A stretch of 64,000 nt of DNA from Bacteroidota bacterium (GTDB lineage: Bacteria > Bacteroidota > Bacteroidia > Bacteroidales > GCA-2748055), in assembly GCA_039714655.1 (NCBI GenBank), contig JBDLIX010000004.1:21758-85757 (forward strand), in the 5' to 3' direction. Position 1 is the first letter of the stretch. Each line of letters begins with the position of its first letter. Of this stretch, positions 36,180 through 46,290 are shown piece by piece. The position numbers and the translations under genes are program-made. Below the pieces are notes generated by a model. That model was not told the DNA's origin, made no database searches, and worked only from the letters and a program-made list of their open reading frames with translations.

Positions 36180-37604
36180 ATGATCTACGATCCGCAGACA
36201 TATGCCATTGAAGACAAATCCATGCTACCTTTTATCTCAGAAAAAGAGATTGAGGAGATCCTTACTAATGCAAATCCAACCAGAGAGGGTGTACGTAAAA
36301 TCATTTCCAAATCTCTGAATAAAAAACGATTAACCCTACAGGAGACTGCGCTGCTGGTGAATGTCACCGATCCTGAACTGGTGGAGGAGATCAAAGCAGG
36401 TGCCCGTAAACTGAAGGAGCAGGTTTATGGAAAACGGATTGTGCTGTTTGCACCTCTCTATGTGGGTAATTTGTGCATCAACAACTGTGAGTATTGTGGA
36501 TTCAGTACGGTTAATAAAGATCAGAAAAGGACCACGCTAACTCATTCGGAACTTATCAAAGAGGTGGAGATGTTGGAGGAGATGGGACAAAAACGTCTGA
36601 TTCTGGTGTATGGTGAGCATCCAAAATATGATGCGGATTTTATGGCGGAAACGGTTCGTACAGTGTACAAAGTAAAAAAGGGGAATGGCGAGATCCGACG
36701 GGTAAATATAAATGCTGCCCCCCTTGATATCAATGGTTTTCGAACTGTAAAGGAGGCAGGGATAGGGACTTACCAGGTGTTCCAGGAGACTTATCACCGT
36801 GGGGCCTACGCCAGGTACCATACAGGAGGGCCAAAGAAAGAGTACAGTTGGAGACTCTCTGCTCTGGACCGGGCCCAGGAGGCCGGGATCGATGATGTGG
36901 GGATCGGGGCACTGTTCGGACTGTATGACTGGAGGTTTGAAGTGCTGGGTTTAATCCGCCATGTGAACCATCTTGAGGCAGTCTACAAGGTGGGTCCGCA
37001 CACCATTTCATTTCCCCGCCTTAAAAGAGCTTCCAATACCAATATTGATCCACAATGGGAGGTAAGCGATGATGACTTTACCAGAATGGTAGCCATTTTG
37101 AGACTGGCGGTCCCTTATACTGGCCTGATTCTCACAGCACGGGAATCTGCTGAGATCCGTGATGAGATCATTGAGTTTGGTGTCTCGCAAATTGATGGTG
37201 GTACTAAAATTGAGATGAAGGGCTATACAGAAAAAGAGAAAGATCAGGACCTGGATGCGGAACAGTTTGAGATTAACGATGACCGCTCTCTCTCAGAAGT
37301 GATGGATGATCTCATAGAGAATGAGTACTTGCCCTCTTTCTGTACCGCCTGTTACCGTACCGGTAGAACGGGAGAACATTTCATGGAATTTTCAGTCCCC
37401 GGATTTATCAAGCGTTATTGCACACCCAATGCCATGCTGACCCTGGCGGAATACCTGGAGGATTATGGTCAGAATGGAATCAAAGAGAAAGGGTACCGGC
37501 TCATCCGAAAGAACCTGCTGGAGCTTAACGATGACAAATTTAAAACGAAACTGGAAGAGCGGTTGGAACGTGTGAAACATGGGGAAAGGGACCTCTATTT
37601 CTAA
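36180..37604 (+). CDS. hydG: Radical-SAM tyrosine lyase HydG ([FeFe]-hydrogenase H-cluster maturase type)
   Basis: 474 aa. The radical-SAM motif is CINNCEYCGF (CX3CX2C). The C-terminal motif is C-TA-C followed by exactly 22 residues (YRTGRTGEHFMEFSVPGFIKRY) and then C. That CX2CX22C motif distinguishes HydG from ThiH. Confidence 0.8.
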   Translation: MIYDPQTYAIEDKSMLPFISEKEIEEILTNANPTREGVRKIISKSLNKKRLTLQETALLVNVTDPELVEEIKAGARKLKEQVYGKRIVLFAPLYVGNLCINNCEYCGFSTVNKDQKRTTLTHSELIKEVEMLEEMGQKRLILVYGEHPKYDADFMAETVRTVYKVKKGNGEIRRVNINAAPLDINGFRTVKEAGIGTYQVFQETYHRGAYARYHTGGPKKEYSWRLSALDRAQEAGIDDVGIGALFGLYDWRFEVLGLIRHVNHLEAVYKVGPHTISFPRLKRASNTNIDPQWEVSDDDFTRMVAILRLAVPYTGLILTARESAEIRDEIIEFGVSQIDGGTKIEMKGYTEKEKDQDLDAEQFEINDDRSLSEVMDDLIENEYLPSFCTACYRTGRTGEHFMEFSVPGFIKRYCTPNAMLTLAEYLEDYGQNGIKEKGYRLIRKNLLELNDDKFKTKLEERLERVKHGERDLYF

Positions 37605-37675
37605 CACGAAAGGGTTTACTCAGGTTTTATGATGTTGCCATTAATATCTTATATTTACTACCCTAAAAGTGAAAT

Positions 37676-39904
37676 ATGGCAGCATCTTCCAGGAAGTCTT
37701 TTGGCACAGCCCCTGTTTTCTTCACAGCCATAGCTACCATTCTTGGAGCTATCCTGTTCCTTAGATTTGGTTTTGCGGTGGGTACCCTGGGATTCTGGGG
37801 AGTGATCGGTGTCATCCTGGTGGGGCATATGGTGACCATTCCCACAGCACTGGCCATCTCTGAAATTGCAACCAATAAAAGGGTGGAAGGAGGAGGTGAG
37901 TATTTTATTATCTCCCGCTCCTTCGGCATGAACATTGGTGCCACCATTGGATTTGCCCTTTTCATCTCCCAGGCCATTAGTGTGGCTTTTTACATCATTG
38001 CCTTTACAGAAGCATTTGAGTTCTTCTTTAACTGGATCGCAATCCGGTTTGATTTCTCCATACCAAGGCAGATCATCAGCATTCCCGCCATGATCGGGCT
38101 TTCCATCCTGATCTTGAAAAAAGGAGCCTCGGTAGGGATGAAGACCCTTTATTTCGTGGTGGCAATTTTACTTATCTCCCTGCTGCTCTTTTTCCTTGGC
38201 AGCACTGAATACAGTTCCACTCATACATTTTCCCTCACGGCTGTTGAAAAGGGGGATATGAGTCAGTTTTTCATAGTGTTTGCTATCATATTCCCAGCCT
38301 TTACCGGAATGACCGCCGGTGTGGGATTATCAGGAGATCTTAAAAAACCGGGGAAGTCGATCCCGCTGGGGACCATTCTTGCCACACTGACCGGGATGAT
38401 CGTCTATTTTTTTATTGTATACAAACTGACTGCGTCTGTCAACCTGGAAACGCTGAGGGATCCATCAAACCAGCTTGCCATGGCTGACATTGCCCTGGCC
38501 GGGGGATTCATTATACCACTGGGACTTGCAGCTTCAACCTTCTCCTCTGCCATAGGTTCAATTATTGTAGCACCCCGCACCCTGCAGGCCCTGGCCGGAG
38601 ATGCATCTTTCCCATCGAAACGGTTCAATCGCTTCATTCATAAGGGAAGGGGAGAGACCAATGAACCTTACAATGCTACGCTGATTACCGTGATTATAGC
38701 CATGGTATTTGTGATCATTGGTGATGTCAATAAAGTTGCAGGGATTATCAGCATGTTCTTTATGGTCACCTATGGTTCTCTTTGTCTGATCTCTTTTTTA
38801 CACCATTTTGGATCTGCCCCATCATACCGCCCATCCTTTCGCTCCCGGTGGTATATTTCACTGGTGGGTTTTGTGGCTTCCGTTTGGGTGATGTTTAAGA
38901 TTGATACCTGGTTTGCCCTGGCAGCCATTGTGATCATGGTTTTGCTATACCTCTACATTAACAATTATCACAAAAGCAGGAAGGGACTTGTTTCCATATT
39001 CACCAACGCCCTGTTTCAGTTGAACAGGAGTCTGCAGGTTTATTTGCAACAAACCCGCAAATCAAGAGGGAATAAAGAGTGGAGGCCAAGTGCCATTTGC
39101 ATTTCCAAGGACTCATTCAGCAGCGATATGGCTTTTCAACTACTTAATTGGATCAGCTACAGGTATGGATTCGGCACCTATATTCATTTCATAAAGGACT
39201 ACTTTTCCAAAGCGAGTAATCAGAGATCAGTCCAGGAGTTGGAGAGACTGATCCTGGAATATAAGGGGAAGGGCAGTCACGTGTTTGTAGATACCATGAT
39301 CTCGCCTTCCTATACTTCTGCTGTGGCACAGGCCATTCAACTCCCCGGGATATCAGGGATGGAAAACAACATGGTGATCATGGAGTTCGACCTGGAGAGG
39401 TCCGACAATCTGAAGGAGATCGTGGAGAATTACTCCCTTGTGAATGCTGGGAACTTTGACGTTTGTATTTTGGGGAGTTCTAAACGTACAATTAACTTTA
39501 AAAATGGGATCCATGTGTGGATCAGGAGCAGTGATTATGAGAATTCGCACCTGATGATCCTTTTAAGTTTCATTATACAGGGGCATCCGGTGTGGAAGAA
39601 AAGTGAAATCAAAGTATTCGATGTTTGTAAAGAGGAGAAAGAAGAGGCTACCCGTAAAAACCTGGAGGAGTTAGTTCGGACCGGCCGTCTTCCTATCACC
39701 TCAAAGAATATAGAGATTATCAAAGAGATACCGGAAAAAAACAGTCTGGCACTCATCAATGAGCATTCAGCTCATGCGGGACTGACTATTGTTGGGTTCC
39801 ACAGCGAAATGTTGAAGCATGAAGGTTCAAAGATATTCCAGGGGTATGACCAGGTTGGCAACATTCTCTTTGTAAATTCACACAGTCAGAAAGAGATTGA
39901 TTAA
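37676..39904 (+). CDS. APC-superfamily permease resembling prokaryotic SLC12 cation-chloride cotransporters
   Basis: 742 aa. A core of about 12 TM helices (GTAPVFFTAIATILGAILFLRFG...) is followed by a soluble C-terminal domain of about 280 aa. Confidence 0.65.
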   Translation: MAASSRKSFGTAPVFFTAIATILGAILFLRFGFAVGTLGFWGVIGVILVGHMVTIPTALAISEIATNKRVEGGGEYFIISRSFGMNIGATIGFALFISQAISVAFYIIAFTEAFEFFFNWIAIRFDFSIPRQIISIPAMIGLSILILKKGASVGMKTLYFVVAILLISLLLFFLGSTEYSSTHTFSLTAVEKGDMSQFFIVFAIIFPAFTGMTAGVGLSGDLKKPGKSIPLGTILATLTGMIVYFFIVYKLTASVNLETLRDPSNQLAMADIALAGGFIIPLGLAASTFSSAIGSIIVAPRTLQALAGDASFPSKRFNRFIHKGRGETNEPYNATLITVIIAMVFVIIGDVNKVAGIISMFFMVTYGSLCLISFLHHFGSAPSYRPSFRSRWYISLVGFVASVWVMFKIDTWFALAAIVIMVLLYLYINNYHKSRKGLVSIFTNALFQLNRSLQVYLQQTRKSRGNKEWRPSAICISKDSFSSDMAFQLLNWISYRYGFGTYIHFIKDYFSKASNQRSVQELERLILEYKGKGSHVFVDTMISPSYTSAVAQAIQLPGISGMENNMVIMEFDLERSDNLKEIVENYSLVNAGNFDVCILGSSKRTINFKNGIHVWIRSSDYENSHLMILLSFIIQGHPVWKKSEIKVFDVCKEEKEEATRKNLEELVRTGRLPITSKNIEIIKEIPEKNSLALINEHSAHAGLTIVGFHSEMLKHEGSKIFQGYDQVGNILFVNSHSQKEID

Positions 39905-39967
39905 ATGAAAACAGATTCATAGATTATCTAAATTGATTCGCGAATATTCATATAATTATCATATATC

Positions 39968-40507
39968 ATGAAAAGATCCATTTTACTGATTGTATCAATC
40001 ATGGTAATATCAACCAGTTTGCATGCACAAAGGATGAATACTATTAAGACCGACCTGTTCAGTCCGGTCATTAGAACATATGCCATTAAATATGAAAGGG
40101 CTTTTACCAAAGATGTGAGTTTTCAGCTTGGGCTTTTCTATACCGGATTCCATCCGAGGGATAGTGAGACCACATTGAGTGGTTATGGAATAACTCCCGA
40201 GTTCAGGTTTTATCTTTCCGATACTCCGGCTCCACATGGTACCTACCTGGCTCCAAACATCAGATATATGAGTCTCACTGTAACGGATCCCATTGCCAAT
40301 GAGGAAGGAACGCTTACCAATCTTAATTTTGCAATTAACCTGGGGAAGCAGGTGTTGTTTAAAGACATCGTTTTGATAGATGCGTGGGTTGGGCCCTCTT
40401 ATAATTTCAGATCCCTGGATGACCCATCCGGGAATATTGAGGTGGGCCGTGCAGAAGTAAATGGCTTTGGATTAAGGTTGGGAATTGCTATTGGGCTTGC
40501 ATTTTGA
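39968..40507 (+). CDS. Small outer-membrane beta-barrel protein (DUF3575-like)
   Basis: 179 aa with a signal peptide ending in HAQ. It has IKTDLFSPVI..., alternating beta-strand patterning and a C-terminal GIAIGLAF. Confidence 0.5.
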   Translation: MKRSILLIVSIMVISTSLHAQRMNTIKTDLFSPVIRTYAIKYERAFTKDVSFQLGLFYTGFHPRDSETTLSGYGITPEFRFYLSDTPAPHGTYLAPNIRYMSLTVTDPIANEEGTLTNLNFAINLGKQVLFKDIVLIDAWVGPSYNFRSLDDPSGNIEVGRAEVNGFGLRLGIAIGLAF

Positions 40508-40530
40508 GTAATTTTAAAAAAAAATATTTC

Positions 40531-41292
40531 ATGAAGAGACTAGCTGTTATTTTTGTGCTTTCACTGATGGCACTCCAGGTCTGTAATAGGGTTCCCGATA
40601 AGAAGATCAGTGTACTGATCTATACTAAAAACGGAGAAGGTTATATCCATGAGAATATCGCATCAAGTGTTGCCGCGCTGGAAAAGATCTGCATTGTGGA
40701 AGGGATTTTAACCGAAGTTTCGGATCAGCCAGGGATTTTCACCTCTGAAAATCTTAAAAGGTATGATGCCATCATTTTCTCCAATACCAATAATGAAGGT
40801 TTTGATACAGATGAACAGAAGAAGGCATTTCAGGAATATATCAGGAACGGGGGAGGGTTCGTCGCCATTCATTCTGCCAATGCCTCAGAACGTGAGTGGC
40901 CCTGGTACTGGGCCCTGGTTGGCGGGAAGTTTGTCCGTCACGCTCCACACCAGGAGTTTGACGTGGTGGTCACTGATCCACAGCATCCTTCAACGGCGCA
41001 CCTGCCAACCAGATGGACTATTGCAGATGAGTGTTACTACTCCTTCCAGCTGAATCCCGATATCCATGTGCTACTCTCCGCCGATTTGTCAACCGTTGAA
41101 GATGAGGGCAAAAGTGATTATCCTGGTGAGACCTTCGGGCAGCTGTTTCCTCTTTGCTGGTGTCACCAGTTCGATGGCGGACGTCAATGGTACACTGCTC
41201 TGGGACATGATCCTGAATTCTATGCAGATCCCCTGTTTACAGAGCACCTGCGTGGGGGATTATTATGGGTGCTGGATAAAGAAGTTCGCTAA
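40531..41292 (+). CDS. ThuA-domain (trehalose-utilisation-like, GATase1-fold) protein
   Basis: ISVLIYTKNGEGYIHENI, YDAIIFSNTNNEGFDTDEQKKAFQEYIRNGGGFVAIHSA and WCHQFDGGRQWYTALGH. I chose the ATG at 40531 (MKRLAVIF, signal-like). Confidence 0.75.
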   Translation: MKRLAVIFVLSLMALQVCNRVPDKKISVLIYTKNGEGYIHENIASSVAALEKICIVEGILTEVSDQPGIFTSENLKRYDAIIFSNTNNEGFDTDEQKKAFQEYIRNGGGFVAIHSANASEREWPWYWALVGGKFVRHAPHQEFDVVVTDPQHPSTAHLPTRWTIADECYYSFQLNPDIHVLLSADLSTVEDEGKSDYPGETFGQLFPLCWCHQFDGGRQWYTALGHDPEFYADPLFTEHLRGGLLWVLDKEVR

Positions 41293-41312
41293 ACCATTTA
41301 TTATTTTTTTCC

Positions 41313-42767
41313 ATGATGAATTATATCCGTATCCTGCCTCTGGTATCCATCCTGTTTTTTTCATGTAATCAACTCCAACCCCCTGCGCCACTGGGACCTT
41401 TGCCAGTAGAGCGACAACTGCAATGGCATGAATTGGAGTTTTATGCTTTTGTTCATTTCAATATGAATACGTTCACCGATATGGAGTGGGGGACCGGGGG
41501 TGAATCTCCTGAACTTTTTAATCCTACCGAACTGGATTGCAGACAGTGGGCCAGGGTTTGTAAAGAGGCCGGGATGAAGGGTATTATCCTTACAGCAAAG
41601 CACCACGATGGTTTTTGTCTCTGGCCTTCAGCTTTTACGGAGCATTCTGTTAAAAATTCCCCATGGAAAGAGGGAAAGGGAGATGTGGTTCAGGAACTGG
41701 CCGATGCATGCAAAGAGTTTGGACTGAAACTGGGCTTGTATCTTTCTCCCTGGGATAGGAATCATGCAGATTATGGGACCGATGCATACATATCCTATTT
41801 CAGGAATCAGCTTACTGAGCTTATGAGCAATTACGGAGACCTGTTTGAGGTGTGGTTTGATGGCGCCAATGGGGGGACTGGTTACTACGGAGGTGCCAAT
41901 GAAGAGCGAAGGGTGGATCGAAAAACATATTATGACTGGCCCAATACCAGGAAAATTGTGAGAGATCTGCAACCTTCTGCAGTGATGTTCAGTGATGCCG
42001 GGCCAGGTGTCCGGTGGGTTGGCAATGAGGCCGGCTGGGCCGGTGAAACCAACTGGAGCCTGCTCAGAAAGGATGAATTCTATCCCGGATCTCCCAATTA
42101 CAAGGAGCTCACAAGCGGACATGAGGACGGTACACACTGGGTGCCGGCTGAAGTGGATGTCTCCATCAGACCCGGATGGTATTATCATCCATCTGAGGAT
42201 CAAAAGGTGAAATCGGTGGAAAAACTGGTGGATATCTATTACCATTCCATCGGAAGGAATGCCTCTTTTCTATTGAACTTTCCGGTGGACAGGCGTGGAT
42301 TGATCCATGAGAAGGATGTGGAGCAGCTGATGAAAATGGCAGATGTGATCCAGAGAGAGATGGAGAGAGATCTTGCCAGGGATGCAAGGGCTAAGGCCAC
42401 CCACGTGAGGGGAAATGCCAATAAGTTCGATGCCCGGAAAGCCATTGACGGAGATTCTCAAACCTACTGGGCCACCGATGACAGCCAAACCAGCGCCTCC
42501 CTGATAATTGATTTCGGAGATGAAACCACCTTCAACCGATTTCTGATCCAGGAGTATATTCCTTTGGGACAACGGGTAAAGAAATTCTCCATTGAGGCCT
42601 GGATAAATGATGCCTGGGAGGAGATTGACACCCAGACCACCATTGGTTACAAACGGATTCTGAGGTTTGACAATGTCACTGCTGACAAGCTCCGCCTGAA
42701 TATCCTTGAATCCAAATCATGCCCAACTATTTCGAACATAGAAATCTACCATGCTCCAGAACTTTAA
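41313..42767 (+). CDS. GH29 alpha-L-fucosidase with a C-terminal F5/8 type C (discoidin) domain
   Basis: 484 aa with YAFVHFNMNTF, ILTAKHHDGFCLWPS, EVWFDGANGG and the C-terminal AIDGDSQTYWATDD...LRLNILES. Confidence 0.85.
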   Translation: MMNYIRILPLVSILFFSCNQLQPPAPLGPLPVERQLQWHELEFYAFVHFNMNTFTDMEWGTGGESPELFNPTELDCRQWARVCKEAGMKGIILTAKHHDGFCLWPSAFTEHSVKNSPWKEGKGDVVQELADACKEFGLKLGLYLSPWDRNHADYGTDAYISYFRNQLTELMSNYGDLFEVWFDGANGGTGYYGGANEERRVDRKTYYDWPNTRKIVRDLQPSAVMFSDAGPGVRWVGNEAGWAGETNWSLLRKDEFYPGSPNYKELTSGHEDGTHWVPAEVDVSIRPGWYYHPSEDQKVKSVEKLVDIYYHSIGRNASFLLNFPVDRRGLIHEKDVEQLMKMADVIQREMERDLARDARAKATHVRGNANKFDARKAIDGDSQTYWATDDSQTSASLIIDFGDETTFNRFLIQEYIPLGQRVKKFSIEAWINDAWEEIDTQTTIGYKRILRFDNVTADKLRLNILESKSCPTISNIEIYHAPEL

Positions 42768-45186
42768 AACCTTTATACTCTTATCCCTCTTTTTTTCCCA
42801 CTCCCTGTCCGGTCAGAATCCATTCTCCGCAGGGAAACAGGAAACCCAGGCAAAACCGGATTCTGTTGTTGTTCAGGTTCAACCCATTCCTGTCGCTGAT
42901 ATTATCTCTGCTTCAACGGAGGCTTTTACTCTGATTACTGAATCTGGAAAAAATCGTTTAACGGAAGATGAGATTAAGAGTTATAGTACGCAAAATGATA
43001 CTTTATATTCTGTCATTGATCTTTTCTTGAACGACAGCTCGTTTCAGTCATTTGAAGGTTTTGGTATAAGAGAGCTTGAGAAAACTCAGCTTAAAGCCAA
43101 TATTTATGCGAATCAGCTGACAGATTTACAAGATGATTTATCTAAACGGTCAAAGGGTTCTGAGAATGTGGTTGATGATTTGATACATGAACGGAAGAGA
43201 TGGCAGTTGACACTTGAACATTCCATGGAGGATGAGATTCCTGATGTGCTTCTGGACAGGATGAAGAGGATTATCAGTGGTATTGATTCTGCAGGCACGA
43301 TCCTGCAAGAGGATATTGAACTGTTACTTGTGCAGTTGGACAAACTTACAGGTAAGAGAATTGCACTGGATTCATTTCAGGAAAGAATTAAGAATGAAAA
43401 GCTTCGATTGGGAGAAAATTTGTTTAGCAGGGATATGGATGGGTTTTTTAAGGAGCTTTCTAATCTTAACGATTCAACCCTTATTCAAAGGCATATCATT
43501 CATGTAGTGAATAGTGTAAAATCTGATCTTCAGGTTCTCAAATCACAATTCAGGACTCCTCTGATATTTATCATTTTTATTTTTAGTTTACTGCTTACCT
43601 TTTCATACTGGTACAAGAGGAATTATTCACAGATGATTTCTGAAAAGGAGTTCGACCTTTCAGAGATTCATCTGAAGTTAATTGATGCACCCTTCCTGGT
43701 GGTACTTTTCTTAACAACTTTTATGATCAGATTTCTGTTTCCTGATCTGCCATATACATTCAAGGCATTCAACTCTATCATCTTTATCATACCCGTATTG
43801 ATGATTGCCATGCGTTTGTTTGAAAGCCTGGTAAGATCCTGGTTGCGATGGCTGATCCTGATATACCTGTTCATGGTTCTGTATGAGCTCATATCTTATC
43901 CTGATATCATACTGAGAATAATCTTGTTAGCGCTCTCAAGTATCAGTTTTGGATTATTCTTATGGCTGGTTCTGAAAAAGCATGGAGCCGGTGGATTAAA
44001 AAATAATTTTATTTATCATTTGTTACGTACCATACTGGCAAGTTTTACAATCCTTCTTTTTGTAGCTATTGCAGGGAATTTGATGGGAGCAGTCAGAATG
44101 GCAGAATTCTTCACATTGGCCCCGACACAGATTTTCATTTTAGCGATAGCCATTCATATTAGTACCAAGGTCCTTGATACCATAATGTTTCTGTTGCTGG
44201 CAAGTAAGAGTTTGCAGAAAGTAAATGTATTTAAGGAGGAATTCAGGACAATACATCGCAAGAGTGTTCGATGGATAAACCTGTTCCTCTGGATCTTTTT
44301 TGCAATCACCGCTTTAAAAATACTCCGGATTAAGGAATCTGTTTTTGAGTGGGGCCATAAAGTACTCACTGAAGGGTGGGAGATTGGTGAAGTAGTAATT
44401 ACCCCGGGCAGCATCTTTACATTCATTTTTGTAATATGGCTCTCAATCTTTATTTCGAAAGCGGTAAGGGATATCCTGGAGAAGGATGTTTTTGTGCGGG
44501 TATCAGTCTCCAAAGGCGTACCCAATACCATCATCATGCTGGTGAGGATCGGTTTGATCACAGGTGGTTTTTTTCTGGCCGCTGCTGCTGCCGGAATGGA
44601 GCTGACCAACCTCTCCATTATCCTTGGAGCTTTTTCGGTGGGTATCGGTTTTGGGTTACAAAATATTTTCAATAACATGGTATCCGGACTTATTCTGGCT
44701 TTTGAGAGACCGATAACGGTGGGTGATACCATTCAGGTGGGTGAATTGATGGGAATTGTTTTGTCGATTGGCTTCAGGGCGAGTAGAATAAAGAGCTTTG
44801 ATGGTGCCGAAGTTATTCTTCCCAATGGCAACCTCATTTCAAACCAATTGATAAACTGGACCCTTTCGGATTCCTCCAGACGTATGGATATCAGGTTAGG
44901 CGTTGCTTATGGAACGGATCCCGATTTTGTGATTGATATCATGCAAAAAGCCGCCGGAGCACATGAAATGGTGAGCAACAGACCCTTTCCCAAGGCATAT
45001 TTTCTTGGTTTTGGTGATAGTTCGCTTGATTTCAGGTTGCTTGCATGGACTGATATAGATCACAGGCTGTCGGTTGAGAGTGAGTTGTACCTGACTGTCA
45101 ATAAAGAGTTGACTGAAGCCGGAATCGAGATCCCATTTCCACAGACCGATCTTCATATCAGATCTGACTACAGGGAGAAGGAGTAA
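42751..45186 (+). CDS. Mechanosensitive ion channel, MscS/MscK family (long N-terminal periplasmic coiled-coil plus multi-TM)
   Basis: 811 aa. The MscS core is FGLQNIFNNMVSGLILAFERPITVGDTIQVGELMGIVLSIGFRASRIKSFDGAEVILPNGNLISNQLINWT. Confidence 0.88.
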   Translation: MLQNFKTFILLSLFFSHSLSGQNPFSAGKQETQAKPDSVVVQVQPIPVADIISASTEAFTLITESGKNRLTEDEIKSYSTQNDTLYSVIDLFLNDSSFQSFEGFGIRELEKTQLKANIYANQLTDLQDDLSKRSKGSENVVDDLIHERKRWQLTLEHSMEDEIPDVLLDRMKRIISGIDSAGTILQEDIELLLVQLDKLTGKRIALDSFQERIKNEKLRLGENLFSRDMDGFFKELSNLNDSTLIQRHIIHVVNSVKSDLQVLKSQFRTPLIFIIFIFSLLLTFSYWYKRNYSQMISEKEFDLSEIHLKLIDAPFLVVLFLTTFMIRFLFPDLPYTFKAFNSIIFIIPVLMIAMRLFESLVRSWLRWLILIYLFMVLYELISYPDIILRIILLALSSISFGLFLWLVLKKHGAGGLKNNFIYHLLRTILASFTILLFVAIAGNLMGAVRMAEFFTLAPTQIFILAIAIHISTKVLDTIMFLLLASKSLQKVNVFKEEFRTIHRKSVRWINLFLWIFFAITALKILRIKESVFEWGHKVLTEGWEIGEVVITPGSIFTFIFVIWLSIFISKAVRDILEKDVFVRVSVSKGVPNTIIMLVRIGLITGGFFLAAAAAGMELTNLSIILGAFSVGIGFGLQNIFNNMVSGLILAFERPITVGDTIQVGELMGIVLSIGFRASRIKSFDGAEVILPNGNLISNQLINWTLSDSSRRMDIRLGVAYGTDPDFVIDIMQKAAGAHEMVSNRPFPKAYFLGFGDSSLDFRLLAWTDIDHRLSVESELYLTVNKELTEAGIEIPFPQTDLHIRSDYREKE

Positions 45187-45213
45187 TATTTTGAATTTGT
45201 TATTTTTGTTATA

Positions 45214-46290
45214 ATGAAATTGCCTTTTGTCATAGCAGCCTCTGTTGGTATTCTGTTGATCTTTACGGATGGGGTCTCTGCACAGAAGATCTTCAGCGAG
45301 GAGTCCCGTATAAAATATGACACCAATTATATCCAGGTTTATAAGGATGAGCTGACTACCAGGATGTTTTTATCCAGGAAACAGACCGGGTATTCGTTGT
45401 CAGATAAGTATTTCACGCCAAGGCTGGCCTACAACACCAATCCAAACCTGTTAATGGGGGTTGGCTATACTTATAGCTTCCTTACCTTGAATCTGGCTGT
45501 GAAATTGCCTTTCCTAAATGGGGACGATGATATTTATGGGGAGTCCAAATACATTGATCTTCAGAGTCATACAATTTTCAGAAGCTATATTTTGGATTTT
45601 TATCTCCAGTGGCACAAAGGATTCTATGTTTCAAATCCTGATGAACTATTTAATGGTTGGGAACCGGGTCAGCCGTATCCCACAAGGGGCGACTTGCGCA
45701 CCAATATAGTTGGGGTGAATATTCAATATCTGTTTAATTCGGACAGGTATTCATACAAAGCATCGTTTGTTCAGAATGAATTTCAGAAGAGGAGTGCAGG
45801 CTCCCCCATTGTTGGAATTGAAAGCTACTGGATGCTCGGAATGGGAGACTCGCTCCTTATACCGGGTTCAATCACTCATCTCAATATTCTGGAGAATTAT
45901 GTGCCTTTTAACCAGGTGGATATGTTCAATGTGGGAGTAAATGGGGGATATGCATATACATTTGTGATGAAGCAGCGTATCTACCTTTCGGCCTCTTTTA
46001 TTGTGGGCATTGCAGGAGGGAAAAGCTGGTTCAATTACACGCCCACATCTGAAACACAATTTACAGGAATCTCCCTGGGCCTGAATAATACAAGCAGGAT
46101 TTCAGTGGGGTATAACAGAAATGATTTCTATATCGGAATGAGTTACAGAAGGTTCTCGATGAGTAATCTGGCTGATCTGAACAATGGCTGGATCGCATAT
46201 TCTACTGGAAATCTCAGGTTGAATGTTGTGAAGAGATTCAAGCTAAAAAGATCTATTAAAATATTGCGTCCGGATCTCTGGATATTATAA
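45214..46290 (+). CDS. DUF4421-like outer-membrane protein
   Basis: 358 aa with a signal peptide ending in SAQ and an aromatic-rich beta pattern. The family assignment is from memory of DUF4421 N-termini (YI..Y.D.LT.R.F). Its 3' end overlaps the convergent GH gene by 35 nt. Confidence 0.45.
   Translation: MKLPFVIAASVGILLIFTDGVSAQKIFSEESRIKYDTNYIQVYKDELTTRMFLSRKQTGYSLSDKYFTPRLAYNTNPNLLMGVGYTYSFLTLNLAVKLPFLNGDDDIYGESKYIDLQSHTIFRSYILDFYLQWHKGFYVSNPDELFNGWEPGQPYPTRGDLRTNIVGVNIQYLFNSDRYSYKASFVQNEFQKRSAGSPIVGIESYWMLGMGDSLLIPGSITHLNILENYVPFNQVDMFNVGVNGGYAYTFVMKQRIYLSASFIVGIAGGKSWFNYTPTSETQFTGISLGLNNTSRISVGYNRNDFYIGMSYRRFSMSNLADLNNGWIAYSTGNLRLNVVKRFKLKRSIKILRPDLWIL

Noticed and set aside
41628-42245. 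205-aa antisense ORF within the GH29 fucosidase gene (plus other antisense ORFs at 42166-42572)
   Set aside because: It is antisense to a confidently identified gene, shows no motifs and has no independent start context.
44154-44732. 192-aa antisense ORF inside the MscS-family channel gene. The same reasoning applies to 7817-8374, 8973-9425, 46754-47242, 53308-53799, 37663-37977 and the shorter listed ORFs.
   Set aside because: These are shadow ORFs opposite well-supported genes. They have biased composition and no family signatures.
45201-45208. TATTTTTG promoter box upstream of the DUF4421-like gene
   Set aside because: It ends only 5 nt before the ATG at 45214, which is too close for a normal -7 box unless the mRNA is leaderless. 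It is not listed as a feature.
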